In this document: positions 1 to 13,142 of the stretch, one piece after another
Layout: each line of letters starts with the position of its first letter
Position numbering within the stretch: the stretch's first letter is position 1
NCBI GenBank assembly: GCA_002269645.1
Contig: NIVC01000076.1
Location: 62,001-126,000 of the forward strand
Direction: 5' to 3'
DNA from: Macrostomum lignano
Taxonomy: Eukaryota
DNA length: 64,000 bases
Translations under genes and position numbers: made by a program
Notes under the pieces: generated by a model
Told to the model about the DNA's origin: nothing
The model's input: the letters and a program-made list of their open reading frames with translations, nothing else
Database searches by the model: none

Positions 1-58
1 CCTCTGCGCACACCTGAACTCCCAAATCGCCAGCCCGAGCACACGGAGCCAAAACAGT

Positions 59-686
59 TCACTGTTTCCATAACCAGCGAGTCCCAGTGAGTTTTTTGAC
101 TCCTCCATCTTTGGGGACTCCTCTCACTGGATAGTCTGGCCGCGTGTCTTTCAGCGCCTCTGTCAACAAACCGAGTGAGACAGACAGAGCGGTGACTGCA
201 GGCGTTCGACGTCCTGATGTGTAAAAAATATGATAAAAACCGCATGCGTATTGAATCTGCTATGAATCTGTCTCTGACTGTCTCTCTCTATTAGACAATG
301 GTTAGCTTAGACAGAACTTTGGCCCGCATAATCCCAGAGATATAATCCCAATTATATTCCTCCCTTAACCCACTCGGCAGTCAGTTAGCAAGGTAAGGGA
401 GGTGTGCAAGGGAGATTCGCGGGCTCTGTTAGCAAACAATCATGCAATACTCTGGCACCACTCGATGCAAACTCACCGCAAACCGCCAGCACACGGCTGC
501 TTATTTCTGCGTGAATGAGGCGGCTGAGTGAGTGGGAGAACCTGCACAACTGATGAGGACCCACTCGCGAGGACACTTTGCAGACACTTTTCATCCACTT
601 AACCCGCCTAGATAGCCAGCCTCTCACTGCCTCATCACCTGATGCTGAAGCAGCGAGGGCCTGCTCAAGAGAACACTGGAGCTTCC
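59..686 (-). CDS. Possible last two exons (686-477, 213-59) of an unidentified minus-strand gene
   Basis: Open frame 686-477 (GKLQCSLEQALAASASGDEAVRGWLSRRVKWMKS...VLAVC) bounded by TAG acceptor and GTGAGT donor, 210 bp, phase 1-1. A phase-compatible CAG acceptor at 214 gives RRTPAVTALSVSLGLLTEALKD...WLWKQ-stop. No family recognised. Confidence 0.25.
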
Positions 687-696
687 CTACCAAAAA

Positions 697-1078
697 TATG
701 TTACTTATTGAGCGCTTGCGTCCTGCGCGCTCAAGTCAAAGAAATATGTTTACTAATTGCGCGCTTGCGTCCTGCGCGCTCAAGTCAAAGAAATATGTTT
801 ACTAATTGCGCGCTTGCGTCCTGCGCGCTCAAGTCAAAGAAATATGTTTACTAATTGCGCGCTTGCGTCCTGCGCGCTCAAGTCAAAGAAATATGTTTAC
901 TAATTGCGCGCTTGCGTCCTGCGCGCTCAAGTCAAAGAAATATGTTTACTAATTGCGCGCTTGCGTCCTGCGCGCTCAAGTCAAATAAATGTTTACTAAT
1001 TGCGCGCTTGCGTCCTGCGCGCTCAAGTCAAAGAAATATGTTTACTAATTGCGCGCTTGCGTACTGCGCGCTCAAGTC
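697..1078. repeat. 49-bp CpG-rich tandem repeat, ~7.5 copies
   Basis: Unit GCGCTTGCGTCCTGCGCGCTCAAGTCAAAGAAATATGTTTACTAATTGC recurs at 712, 761 and onward. Confidence 0.95.
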
Positions 1079-1689
1079 ATGCGACCCACAGGAAAAATTG
1101 CTGCTCCAGATTCTGCTTCAAAGTCTCCTTGGCTGCAGGATCCACATCAAGAATCTCGTGCTTCCGCGGCTAATCCGTGGCACGGCGGAGCAAAAACGGA
1201 AAGCGAAAATATCGTGTTGATTCGAACAATCTCAAAGCAAAACAGGCACAAAACGTTGCCGCCAAGAGATGCCATCAGTTTTCTGAGCAGGCCTTCCTAC
1301 TCACCTGCTGCTTTGATTTGATTCCGTGATTGACAAGGCTCACGATTTTTAAATCTATTCACAATTGCAGCGATCTACGCTCCCAGTTGTTTGTAAACAG
1401 CAATGCCAGTGCTCTGCCGTTGGATGTGAAGGACGACTCTTGAAAGAGAGAAAAAACAAGACTTGGGGAAATCGCAAAGAAAAGCAAAAATTTCCCGTGC
1501 TTTGCCGGCAAAAGAGACAATGCCTGCCGAATATCAAGAAAGTGCCAAACATGCTGGCACGCGATTATCTTTGTTGTGTTTTCTTCTCGGAGTATTTATA
1601 GCTTTTTCTATTATCTTCTGTCTAGGTCACCTTACGGTATTGAATTTTCCGTGTCTCTACATCTACATCTCTACTCCATCCCATCCCGT

Positions 1690-1985
1690 TCGCTACATCT
1701 CCCTCTTCCTCTTCACTCTCTCCTGCCTCTCTCCACCTTCATTCTCTCTACTCTCTCCAAATTATGTGAATTTATCCCTCCATTCTCGCTAACCTCTTCC
1801 TCTCTTTCTCCACTTTTCCTCTACCTCTCTCTCTCTCTCTCCCTCTCTACTCCCCCTCTACCCCTACCTCTCCCTCTCCACTCCCCTTTTACCCCCATCT
1901 TCCTCTCCACTGCCCATTTACCACTCCCTCTCTACCTCTTCCTCTGCACTCCGTCTACCTCTCCCTCTCTGCTCCTCTGCTTCCG
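1690..1985. repeat. CT-rich low-complexity tract
   Basis: Almost pure pyrimidine on the + strand. Confidence 0.85.
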
Positions 1986-2819
1986 TCCGCAGTCATATCA
2001 GCAATCCGACACACCCACCCGCCAGCTCCATGATAGCTATGAGTGACACAGCACGCCTGTCAATAAACCCATTTTTGGAACAGTAAAAACAGTAACTGGC
2101 TACACAGTACACGTCTCCCCATTTCCCAGTCAGACATTTGTTTGACAGGGCCAATGCCGAAACCAGTAACTGACGCTTGACCTCTGTTGCCCCTCGACTT
2201 CTATTGTTTTTATTTGTCAAGTTTTGTTAGTTTTTTGTTGCCAAGCCGGTAAGTAACTCCGCGATCTATGCAATACGGAGCCAAGACTGCCGCTCCGCTC
2301 CTGAATTTCGGATGGATAGTCAAAAGACTCTGTGGGTCACCAAATGTGTAAGAATATTAAACAGTTACTGGAATAGACAAGTGATTTCTTACGAACAGCT
2401 GCAAATTATTTCTGCATGCAACATCATCAATTGCTAAGTGCCTCAACAGCGAATCGTTTAACTCCTTGATAATTAGCGCTGACAGAGCAGGCCCTCGCCT
2501 CAACAAGCTGCCCGGTGGGGGCGCCATCATTGACCAAGGCGGTAAAAGGCATCGGGCATGATCTTGGCAGACTGGAGACCCTTTGTTTCCTACTGACGCC
2601 ACTGCGGAGCTCTCGCCGCTTCAGGCACCTGGCTGGCTGACCAGAGACTGCGCGACCCGCTGGTAACTCTGTCAGCTGTTCGTCTGCTGCCTGCCGCAGC
2701 TGACTGTCTATGTTGGGGACTGCAGGGCGATGCATTATGGCTTGACTGCTTGAAATTTATTATGCTCTTTCGTGACTAACCAGACCGGTTTGAGGTATCC
2801 CTGGGAATATACAGTAGCA

Positions 2820-2829
2820 GTATAGATAT

Positions 2830-2889
<60 letters not shown>

Positions 2890-2890
2890 G

Positions 2891-2921
<31 letters not shown>

Positions 2922-2922
2922 G

Positions 2923-2965
<43 letters not shown>

Positions 2966-2966
2966 G

Positions 2967-3022
<56 letters not shown>

Positions 3023-3140
3023 CAGATAGATAGATAGGTAGATAGATAGATAGATATAGGTAGATAGATAGATAGATAGGTAGATAGATAGATAGGTAGA
3101 TAGATAGATAGATAGATAGGTAGATAGATGGATAGATAGG

Positions 3141-3207
<67 letters not shown>

Positions 3208-3264
3208 TTAGATAGATAGATAGATAGATAGATAGACAGATAGATAGATAGATAGATAGATAGT

Positions 3265-3295
<31 letters not shown>

Positions 3296-3296
3296 G

Positions 3297-3340
<44 letters not shown>

Positions 3341-3458
3341 CAGATAGATAGATAGGTAGATAGATAGATAGATATAGGTAGATAGATAGATAGATAGGTA
3401 GATAGATAGATAGGTAGATAGATAGATAGATAGATAGGTAGATAGATGGATAGATAGG

Positions 3459-3525
<67 letters not shown>

Positions 3526-3586
3526 TTAGATAGATAGATAGATAGATAGATAGACAGATAGATAGATAGATAGATAGATAGATAGT

Positions 3587-3620
<34 letters not shown>
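2820..3620. repeat. (GATA)n microsatellite, ~800 bp, with internal higher-order duplication
   Basis: GATA units with GGTA/GACA/GTTA interruptions whose pattern repeats ~320 bp apart. Confidence 0.97.
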
Positions 3621-3621
<1 letters not shown>

Positions 3622-4278
3622 AGACACATATGCAGGCACAATTGCTGATAATAGGTCCCGCTAAGCAAGGTGAACTGTGCAATAATTGGGATTCAGACGC
3701 GTCACCCCTTCAATCCGATTCATCCATTAGCAAGCCTTTGTATTTGAAAAGCAAGATAAGAAAGTTACAACTGCAAATACCGGCAACAATGAGCATCCAT
3801 CTAAAGTTAACGCCAGGCCACCTTTTGTCAGGTCACCCTGGCTGAGCAACATGCAGTTGAAAGTGGCTGACAGACCGCATCAATCACACCAGCAGGTAAC
3901 TGTGCAGCCACCCTGGCACTTAACGCCTAGCTGCACATTAACCCCTTTTATTGCGCGTCACATATCGATAAAGAAGAAGACAGGCAAATAGAAGGAAACG
4001 CGTTAAAAACTTGAAGAAGCACAAAAATCAAGCCTGCTTTTGCTGCGGCTTTAAACAGAGACAGATAAAAACTGACGCACAATGTTTGATCAGGCTGTGA
4101 ATCAGCGTTTAGGTGAAAATAGGCGAAGCTGAAACTACGCGTAATCTACTAATGGACTTCCCCACCATGGAGTTTTAAACCTGGAGTACCAACGGATTGC
4201 ATCATCCACTCCCGAGTCTGAAGTGCCAATGGCTGGATCAACTATGCATCAGCGAAATAACACATTGTTAGCAGCAGT

Positions 4279-5035
4279 ATAGACAGACAGACAGACACTA
4301 AGATAGACAGACAGACACTAAGATAGACAGACAGATGCTAAGAAAGACAGACAGACACTAAGAAAGACAGACAGACAGACAGACAGACAGACACTAAGAT
4401 AGACAGACAGATGCTAAGAAAGACAGACAGACACTAAGATAGACAGGCAGATGCTAAGAAAGACAGACAGACAGACAGACAGACACTAAGATAGACAGAC
4501 AGATGCTAAGAAAGACAGACAGACACTAAGATAGACAGACAGACAGACAGACAGACACTAAGATAGACAGACAGATGCTAAGAAAGACAGACAGACACTA
4601 AGATAGACAGACAGACAGACAGACAGACACTAAGATAGACAGACAGACAGACAGACAGACACTAAGATAGACAGACAGATGCTAAGAAAGACAGACAGAC
4701 ACTAAGATAGACAGACAGATGCTAAGAAAGACAGACAGACACTAAGATAGACAGACAGATGCTAAGAAAGACAGACAGACACTAAGATAGACAGACAGAT
4801 GCTAAGAAAGACAGACAGACACTAAGATAGACAGACAGATGCTAAGAAAGACAGACAGACACTAAGATAGACAGACAGATGCTAAGAAAGACAGACAGAC
4901 ACTAAGATAGACAGACAGATGCTAAGAAAGACAGACAGACACTAAGATAGACAGACAGACAGACAGACAGACAAACACGAAGACAGACAGACACACTAAG
5001 ATAGACAGACAGACAGAAAGACACTAAGACCGACA
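4279..5035. repeat. (GACA)n compound repeat punctuated by CTAAGA
   Basis: GACAGACAGACACTAAGATA / GATGCTAAGAAA units. Confidence 0.95.
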
Positions 5036-8000
5036 GACAAGCAGAGAGTCATCAGAAGAGACACTTGGTCAGTAATAACATGATAAAATTAGCCCCTAGC
5101 AGCGAGGAGAAATCCAGGAAAAAGGCATCGAGTAAAAATCAGCACAAAGCCAGTAGCCAGGAGCGCATGCATGGCGACGCCCGGAGGCTACATAGTAAAT
5201 GAAAGATTGCCAGGCCCAGATAAGAGAGAACCAGCTGGAGACTGCATGCAGGCTCGCCACTCGCCCCTTGAGAGGAAGCGAAGTGACCAGCAGCCAGCCG
5301 CAATGCCCCAACCCCGCCACCTCTTCGGCCGCTATACAAAAACCGAAAGCGTCGAAATTTGGGAGGCAGAGCGCGCGGGAAAATTTAATTTAATAATAAT
5401 ATATAAAACCGCGGCTTCCTCAGTATAGGGAGCTGGCTACCACCGTGAGCTTAACACGCAGGGGTTGGAGGGCGAGTGAGGATGTAATAATACGACAAGG
5501 CGAGATCCTCGAGTTAGATTATACGGCCAACCAATGTCAGATGTGATTACCGCGACTAAAAATCTAAATAGTGAGGAGAGGCCCTCCCAACTCCCATCTC
5601 TCTCGTTGACTATAGCTGCGCGAGGGATCCTATCCCAGCGGTGGGAGGTTCGCACTTCCTAAACCTTCCCTTAATATTATCCCGCGAAATATCGTGGTCC
5701 CCGCTTTTTGGAGCCGCGAGCTCGAGGCATCGTGTGCTCGCGCGGGGCCGCTTTAATGCAATTTCTCCTGCCGTGCTCACACAAAGCGGAGACTCACGCA
5801 GCTTTATTTATTATCCTACCGGCTTGCTGAATATGCGCGGCAAGCCATCCCGGAAATCGAGAGGCACTGAAGCTATAAATTGCAGCAGCAGTACCCACCG
5901 TAAAAAATATACAATTATTAGCGAGCAGAGCTTATAGATTATGAAGTAAAAACAACACCATGTTTCCTGCTATAAGAGAGATCGGTGCAGCAGTATAGCT
6001 GAGGACACTTTAATGACCCGCTGAGCTGGTAGTGACAGAGACTACATTCTGTCTGCCTTAATCCCCGCCTGACCTAGTCATCATAGCTAATATCTGGCTA
6101 ATCCATCAAAGACCCTACATAGCATCTGCCCGCGTAAAAGTTGAAAATAACTTCAGTAGCTTTTGCAAGCTCGTGTATTGCATGTACATACTCGTACTGC
6201 ACGACAACTTCCAGGGCCAATGTACGTCCAGGAGACTCAGCGACGGGGGTCGTACTCTGTCCACCCGCCTTTCAGTTTGAAAGATAAATGATGAATAATA
6301 AGTCGAGTCTGGAAATCTCTAAGCCGATGTTAACACTGTCACAGATAGGAAGGAAAGAACATACATTAAATACGCATCCCCTATTCACTTGAATATCCAT
6401 TTCTGTTCCAAGAAAGAAATACTAGACTGAGAAATAAGCCGGCAGAATTCTAGTTTATAAGATAACATCTCCGCTATGGCCCCGATCAGGCCTGCGCGCC
6501 ACCATATGGACAAGTATTTGTCCGGGTCGGGCGGCAGGCTAAATGTAAACTTAGCGAGCCAAAAAGCTGCAACTGGGAATGATTTTTTTATAATCCCACG
6601 CCCGCCCGCCCAGCCAGTTATGTTTACACAGTGCGAGCTAGATGATAAATGTAATCCGCAGCGCAGATTTACATATATATCCTACTACTGCTAAGCTAGT
6701 TAACATGACCATCATCAGTTGCCAAAGAGCACACATATGCATACACCTATCGCTTTCTTGCTGCACACAAGACTTTGCTGCTTAAGTTTTGATAAAGAGA
6801 TTACGCGTCTTCTAATGCGCTAAATTTATTACTTAACCATGAAAAAACTATCCCCACTAGACTACTGAACAAAACTGTTAAGTAGGTAGGTAGCGCAAAT
6901 AGCAGCTACAATCTACGATAGGTTAGTCTTACATAATAATACATCTGCCGCAAATTGTATTTCACCAAACTGGCGCAGTTAAAATGAAAGTTAAAACACT
7001 GTTGTTGCTAAAAAGCATTTTTACAACAATAAATATGCCAGTAAAAATAACTGTCACATAGTATACAATGATATAATTATATATCTCAATAGCGCAACAA
7101 TAGGTTTCAGAATTTTTGCTCCAATGCTAAACAAGGTTGCGCATGAAAATGCCAATATTAGAATAAGGAAGATGCCAGAATTATGAAGACTTAGTAGACG
7201 AAGAAATGAAAAAAAAAGGAATGCCACACTGACAGAGACGCTAGCAATGCTGGGTAAGTGAAGTACAGTATAAAAGTAGAATTTAATTTAAAAAGCTTTA
7301 ATAAAACATTATAAGATTTGTTCAGAAATATTTTGTTTTATTTATCAAGTTCCAAGGAAGGATTCCATCGGTAAGAAATATCTAGCTATAAGGATTATAA
7401 GGATAAAGGTGAGCTTTTATTAATAATATATACGAGTACTATTGTACTATTATGATTACAACATAAATTGAACACAGACCGGTAGACACAATGCCACTAT
7501 AAATACAGAGCTATCTTTCTGTGTTACAGCGTGCCACGTGTATCAAATTGAGTTTTGCCATCCTGAACTTGGCACCCGGTTTTTTAAACTGAATACCACT
7601 TTGAAATTTAATATCCATATTTTTTGAAATTCTATTTTATATAAAGTATCAATAATCTTGTGGCTCTGGAGCCCTACACTCGTATCTAAGTTAAAATCAC
7701 TGAGTTGCGTCTAGAGTGCATCTAAGTCAGTAAGTAATTCTGACGCCTAGAAAAGCTAGATACAAAAGAATATAAAAATTTAAGAACTAAAACAGACACA
7801 CGCATTCGTAAAAATGCACAAAACTATTTGTTATACTGTAGCTAACTTGGCATTATAGTAGTTACAATCAAACAGAACAATTAATTACACAATAGAATAC
7901 GGTATACATGAGAGATTAATTCCGAAAACCAATTAACATAACAAGTACAAAAAACCAACTATTTTAATTTGATATTGCAAAAACACGCACAACAAAACTG

Positions 8001-8051
8001 GTAATAATTAGTAAACATTGACATGATTTATAGTAGATAATAACAGTCATT

Positions 8052-8298
8052 TTTTGGGTGATAGAGGATCTGGAAAGGAAAATAAAGATCTAGGGCGGTA
8101 AATGAGAATCTCGAAGGATAAATGAGGATCTGTAGGGATAAATGAGTATCTGGGAGGGAAAATAAGACTCCGGGAGGGTAAATGAGGATCTGTAAGGATA
8201 AATGAGGATCTAGGAGGGCAAATGAGGATTTTGGAGGGCAAATAAGACTCCGGGAGGGTAAATGAGGATCTTTAAGGATAAATGGGGATCTGAGACGG
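8052..8298. repeat. ~20-bp G-rich minisatellite downstream of TMEM168
   Basis: Units like GGGAGGGTAAATGAGGATCT. Confidence 0.85.
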
Positions 8299-8442
8299 CA
8301 AATGAATTAAAGAGTAAAAAAAGATCTGCAAGCATAACTGGGAATCTTATGATAGGCCTCTGATGGTAAAAGACCTGACTAATTGCGCATTTTAGCTCGT
8401 AATTGCAACCCAGACATCCCAACGGCCGACATCTCTAATGCC

Positions 8443-11400
8443 CTACAGTTGCACTAGTCGAAATCCTAGCCCAGTATCCAGAGCGGCGGGCGGGCACAGG
8501 CGCATTCTCAGGCGTCGGACGGCGTTGCACAGCGGACTGACCAGACGGAGCGACGGCGCCCTGAGCAGAGGGCAACTCGCTGTGAGTGCCGGCAGCAGGC
8601 AGCGGCAGGGCCTGGGCAGAGCCGAGTCCCAGAATTGTCGGGCACCAGACTGGCTTGGACGGGTAAGCTTGAAGTCCACCCAGGCTCGGGACACCGCGTA
8701 TTGGAGACCGAGTCTGCCCGGTCGCTTGCCTGCGGCGGGGGAGGGAGCGGCGGCTGACTTGTGAAGGTCTGGGGATGCTTACTGGGGATGTTGGAGGCTT
8801 AATGGGAGTCTGAGGATTTGGGAGAACAAATACGGAGATTGATGAAAAAAACTATTCAATATGAGGATTCGGTAGGGTAGATGGAGATCTGGGAGGGTAA
8901 ATGGGAGGGCAAACAGAAATTTGGAAGGGCAAATGGGGTTCTAGAAGGGTAAATGGGGATCTGAGAGGGTAAGTGGGGATCTAGGAGGGTAAATGGGGAT
9001 CTGGGAGGGTAAGTAGGGATCTAGGAGGGTAAATGGGATCAAGAAGGGTAAATGAGGGCAAACGGGAATCAAGGAGGGCAAATGGGGATCTGGGAGGGTA
9101 AGTGGGGATCTGGGAGGGTAAATGGGGATCAGAGAGGGTAAATGGGGATCTGGGAGGGTAAGTGGGGATCTAGGAGGGTAAGTGGGGATCTAGGAGGGTA
9201 AATGGGGATCTGAGAGGGTAAGTAGGGATCTAGGAGGGTAAATGGGATCTAGAAGGGTAAATGAGGGCAAACGGGAATCAAGGAGGGCAAATGGGGATCT
9301 GGGAGGGTAAGTGGGGATCTGGGAGGGTAAATGGGGATCAGAGAGGGTAAATGGGGATCTGGGAGGGTAAGTGGGGATCTAGGAGGGTAAATGGGATCTA
9401 GAAGGGTAAATGAGAGGGCAAACGGGGATCAGGGAGGGCAAATGGGGATCAGGGAGGGCAAATGGGGATCTGGGAAGGTAAACTAGACAGTGGATTCCCA
9501 TAGGTGAAATGGGAAGCTGAGATTGGGAAATGTTTCTAGAGCGTTAGAACTAGAATTCGGAGAATGTGAACAAATACTTCTATAAGTCTCACCAGTCTTA
9601 GCGGCCCGCAGCAGCTCCTGCTGCTGAGCAGCCGCCTGCTCGCATTCGCTAGTAAACAATTTAGTAAACTCTTCCAACTGTCCGTTGTGAGTCTGCAATG
9701 CCAGACAGACATTCCTAGGCAGACTGCGCACTGCCGACAGCCACCGGTGCCCATTGGACGAGTCCACAACCAGCAGCAGGCGGCTCTCGTCTCCGCGACC
9801 TTCTTCGTCATCGGAGGCAGACGCGGAATCTTCCGAAGCCGTGGCCGCTTCTCTCCACAATTGCAGCAGAGCCTCCAGGCCCAGACAGGCGCCGCCAAAG
9901 AAGGCCCAGGCGCCGGCCGAGTCAGTCGGTCCGCAATAGTACACAACGTACGTATCGTAGCGCTGCTTGTCTGGCGTGCGTTGACAGAAAAATTGGCGCA
10001 ATTTTTGTTGAACTAAATCGCGAGATAAACCGGAACTGTTCAAATCGCAGCCGAAGCTGGTTAATAGATGGCTGCTGAAGAAGTACTGGATGCTGTCCAG
10101 CTGACGGGTGCACCTGGAAAGTAGGCGCGTTTCTTAGAAGTATTTGAAATAGCGATTTCCTGGAAATGCTCAGAAGCCGGTTAAATAAACTGTTCCACGT
10201 TTGGGCGATTTTTATTAGAAATGGGTTCGAAGTTTGAATGAAGCTTGATTTTTAGAAATTGTAATTGTCTTGGAAATTTTTTCTCAGAAGCTTTATTTGT
10301 GATTCTTGGAAAACGTTCTCCGATTCTTAGAAACTTTTCTCTGATTCTTGGAAGCTGTTCAAGTGTGATTCTTGGAAAATGTTGCTGAATGATTCTTAGA
10401 AACTGTTCTCCGATTCTTAGAAGCTGTTCCGGTGTGATTCTTGGGAAAAGTTTCTGAATGATTCTTAGAAACTGTTCTCTGATTCTTAGAAGCTGTTCCG
10501 GTGTGATTCTTGGAAAAACTGTTACTGTGTAAGTCTTGGTTTAACAATCAAGTACAAAAGCATAAAAATACATCCAACAAACCTTGCCAGCTGTTTCCGA
10601 TGAGCAGTCGGACTCTGCAGCAGCACCACAGTACTGCCGCTGCCGCCACCGCCTCCGACATTGTTGAAAAAGCCAGTGCTAGCACCAGGGGGCAGTTCGG
10701 GACTAACCAAACCGTAGGCTAGACAGGTACCGCCAATGCATTCGGTCAGTCTGGTGCAAGTGGCCAACAGCACGGCATCGCAGGAGATTCCAATAGCTAG
10801 CAGAGCTAAAGAAGCTGGAGATCGAGTCTCCCAGGTCAGACAGACTAACAGACAGCTGGATGATAAGCTAAGCCATAGCAGTCTGCAGCCTAACTGTGCC
10901 AAGTATCTGAGTCCGCGAGCTGCCAACAGTGCTGGTGCCGACTGAGCAGTGGGCTTCGACTCCGACTGTCTAAACAGCCGGCACAATCGCCTAGTGAACT
11001 GGTGCAACAGTAACAGTCGGGCTAGGTGGAATGCAAGATAAGGACAAGCCGACACAGCGTAGAATGGCAGCATGAGCACGTGCTGAGGATGAGCCACAAC
11101 AACTGTAGCTCCAATCGCTAGAGCTGATATATCCAAGCACAGCAGCATCGCGTACACAATATGATGCAAAACCAACGCTGCCAAGCCGACCACCACAGTT
11201 CTACAACTGAAGCCGATCCGGAATCTAACAGAGCGGCGCCCAGCTGCCTATACAGATACATTAGTAGCGGAGTTAAACTAGCGTGCAGCTGAATCGAATG
11301 CAATAGATAGACGCAGGCCGCAGATAATAGCAGAGCATTAGCCACCGCTAGCCAAGAGCGCAGCCGCAATAAAACAATAGTTAAGCACAGGCAAGCGTTA

Positions 11401-12200
11401 AACAGAGCCAATTCCCACCAATGCGATTGTTCAATTAAAGATATTGAGAATCCAATCTGTTCCCACAGTTCCTGTTTGCTTAGTAGGCTGCCGTATTGCG
11501 AGCTGCCGCTGTCCCTACCGGTCCCAATCGCCTCCCCGATGAGTCCTTCGCTGCCATCGGCTGCAGTTAGATCGTCTACTGTTTTCGGCAGGGTGGCATC
11601 AGCGCCAGCCGCGGCGGACTGTCTGCGCGACACAGTCAACGGATAGACAATGCGAACAATGACAGAGCGAAGCATTGATGCAAGCACCGATAGCAGCATC
11701 AGACAGTTGATTGTCTGCTCAACTGATTCACTGCTAATAGGATGCAGCGGTCCAACGACAATAGGCTTAGCTCTGATCCCGCCCATTGGAATACGCCTGC
11801 CAGCCTCGACATCAAACGAAGTTTCTAAACTGGCGCTGTGGAAACAGCCCAGACCAAGAAAATAACCAATCCACAGGTGATATAGTATAGGCCTGGCCTG
11901 TGCCAGGATGGATAACAATCGACTCTTGCCTTGCAGAGCAATTAATAAACAGAATATGGCCAAACAAGCACCCGAGATGCAATACAGTCTAATGGCTTCA
12001 GTGCCTCGACTGTACAGTGAGTAGCCAATGCCGCACAATAACAGACTGGATGATGCGATGTCCAAGAAGGCAGCAATGGAGCAGCCACGCATTGCAGCTC
12101 TGGCTCCATCAATGTTCACACCATAGCGACGGGCGATGGCATTGAGCTGGCCTGCCCGGAGACGCAGCCGCTCGCGACAACTCAATAAGTATTGACGCAT
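8443..12200 (-). CDS. TMEM168: Transmembrane protein 168 homolog; exons 12200-10583 (frameshift near 11200-11150), 10113-9593, 8729-8443; ~808 aa if repaired
   Basis: Colinear with remembered human TMEM168: LYHLWIGYFLGLGCF ~ LSNLWFGFLLGLLCF; TECIGGTCLAYGLVSP ~ GNCLGGTSVGYAIVIP; LDSIQYFFSSHLLTSFGCDLNSSGLS ~ [37 protein letters not shown] ~ RHDTYILYYSG; C-terminus ALDTGLGFRLVQL ~ VLDTGQGFKLVKS. GT-AG junctions are phase-consistent (2, 1). Confidence 0.9.
8875..9482. repeat. 20-bp G-rich minisatellite in TMEM168 intron 2
   Basis: GGGAGGGTAAATGGGGATCT and variants, ~30 copies. Confidence 0.95.
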
Positions 12201-13029
12201 CAATGTTATGATCAAAATTACTACAATAAATTTATTTGCAAATATAAACAATCATAGTCCAGTTTCTGAATTGAAACACTGTTAAATCAATTTTCTTTTT
12301 TAGATGGTAAGAAACTTCTGGTTAATAATCAGATATCCTATTTTTGGTAAATGTTATAATGTAGATGTTATAAAATAAATGCTTAATTCTTTCAGATGCA
12401 TTTAAATTTCAAATTTAAAGACACAATATATAACTAGAATACTTAGCTTAATCTTTGGGGCATATCATATCAACAATTTATATATATATCATATGATATG
12501 CCCCAAAGACTAGTATATGCCATGATTTAAGCTAAGTTGTTATTAAGCTTAGTATGCTAGGGACTCCTTATATGTGCCAGAATTTTCTATGGCAAAGGCC
12601 ACTTTCTTGACTAACTAGAGCTATCTATAAGAAAATCTATATAATCTACATTTGACAGAAAAGTTAATGCCCAAAGTTTTACTTGTCCAATAATGCATAA
12701 CAAATACTACCAACTTTATATGATACACTCGTACTATTACTACTAGTATATAATATAGTAATTATTAGACAAGTAATGCATTAAAAGATAAGTATAGCAA
12801 GAACAAAAGACACTGTTACAGCAGTGAAATCAGTCTTACAAAGAAGAATAGATAGGCTAAACCTGCCACAACTCACAACTTGATGACATTAATAGGATTG
12901 TGTTAAAAAAGAGCAAATCCCATACATCACACTCATACATGCCCAACACCCATCTGACTTGTCTGAACTAGATGGGTGAAATGGCTGCCGGCCAAGGTAA
13001 GTTGCAAAATTGAAAATGCAAAAACAAAA

Positions 13030-13142
13030 AATTGGGGGAAGAAAGAAAGGAGAGGAAAAGAAAATGAAAAGAAAGGAGAGAAGAGAGAGGGTGGAAGAGG
13101 AGAGAGAAAGAGCAAGAAAAGAAAAGAGAAAAGGCAAGAAAA
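13030..13142. repeat. Purine-rich (GA) low-complexity tract
   Basis: AAGAAAGGAGAGG-type run. Confidence 0.75.

Noticed and set aside
2357-2735. Overlapping minus-strand ORFs as a defined exon
   Set aside because: Looks protein-like, but no recognisable family and no convincing splice pair, so not called as a feature.
2735-3682. YLSI-repeat ORFs
   Set aside because: Translation of (GATA)n.
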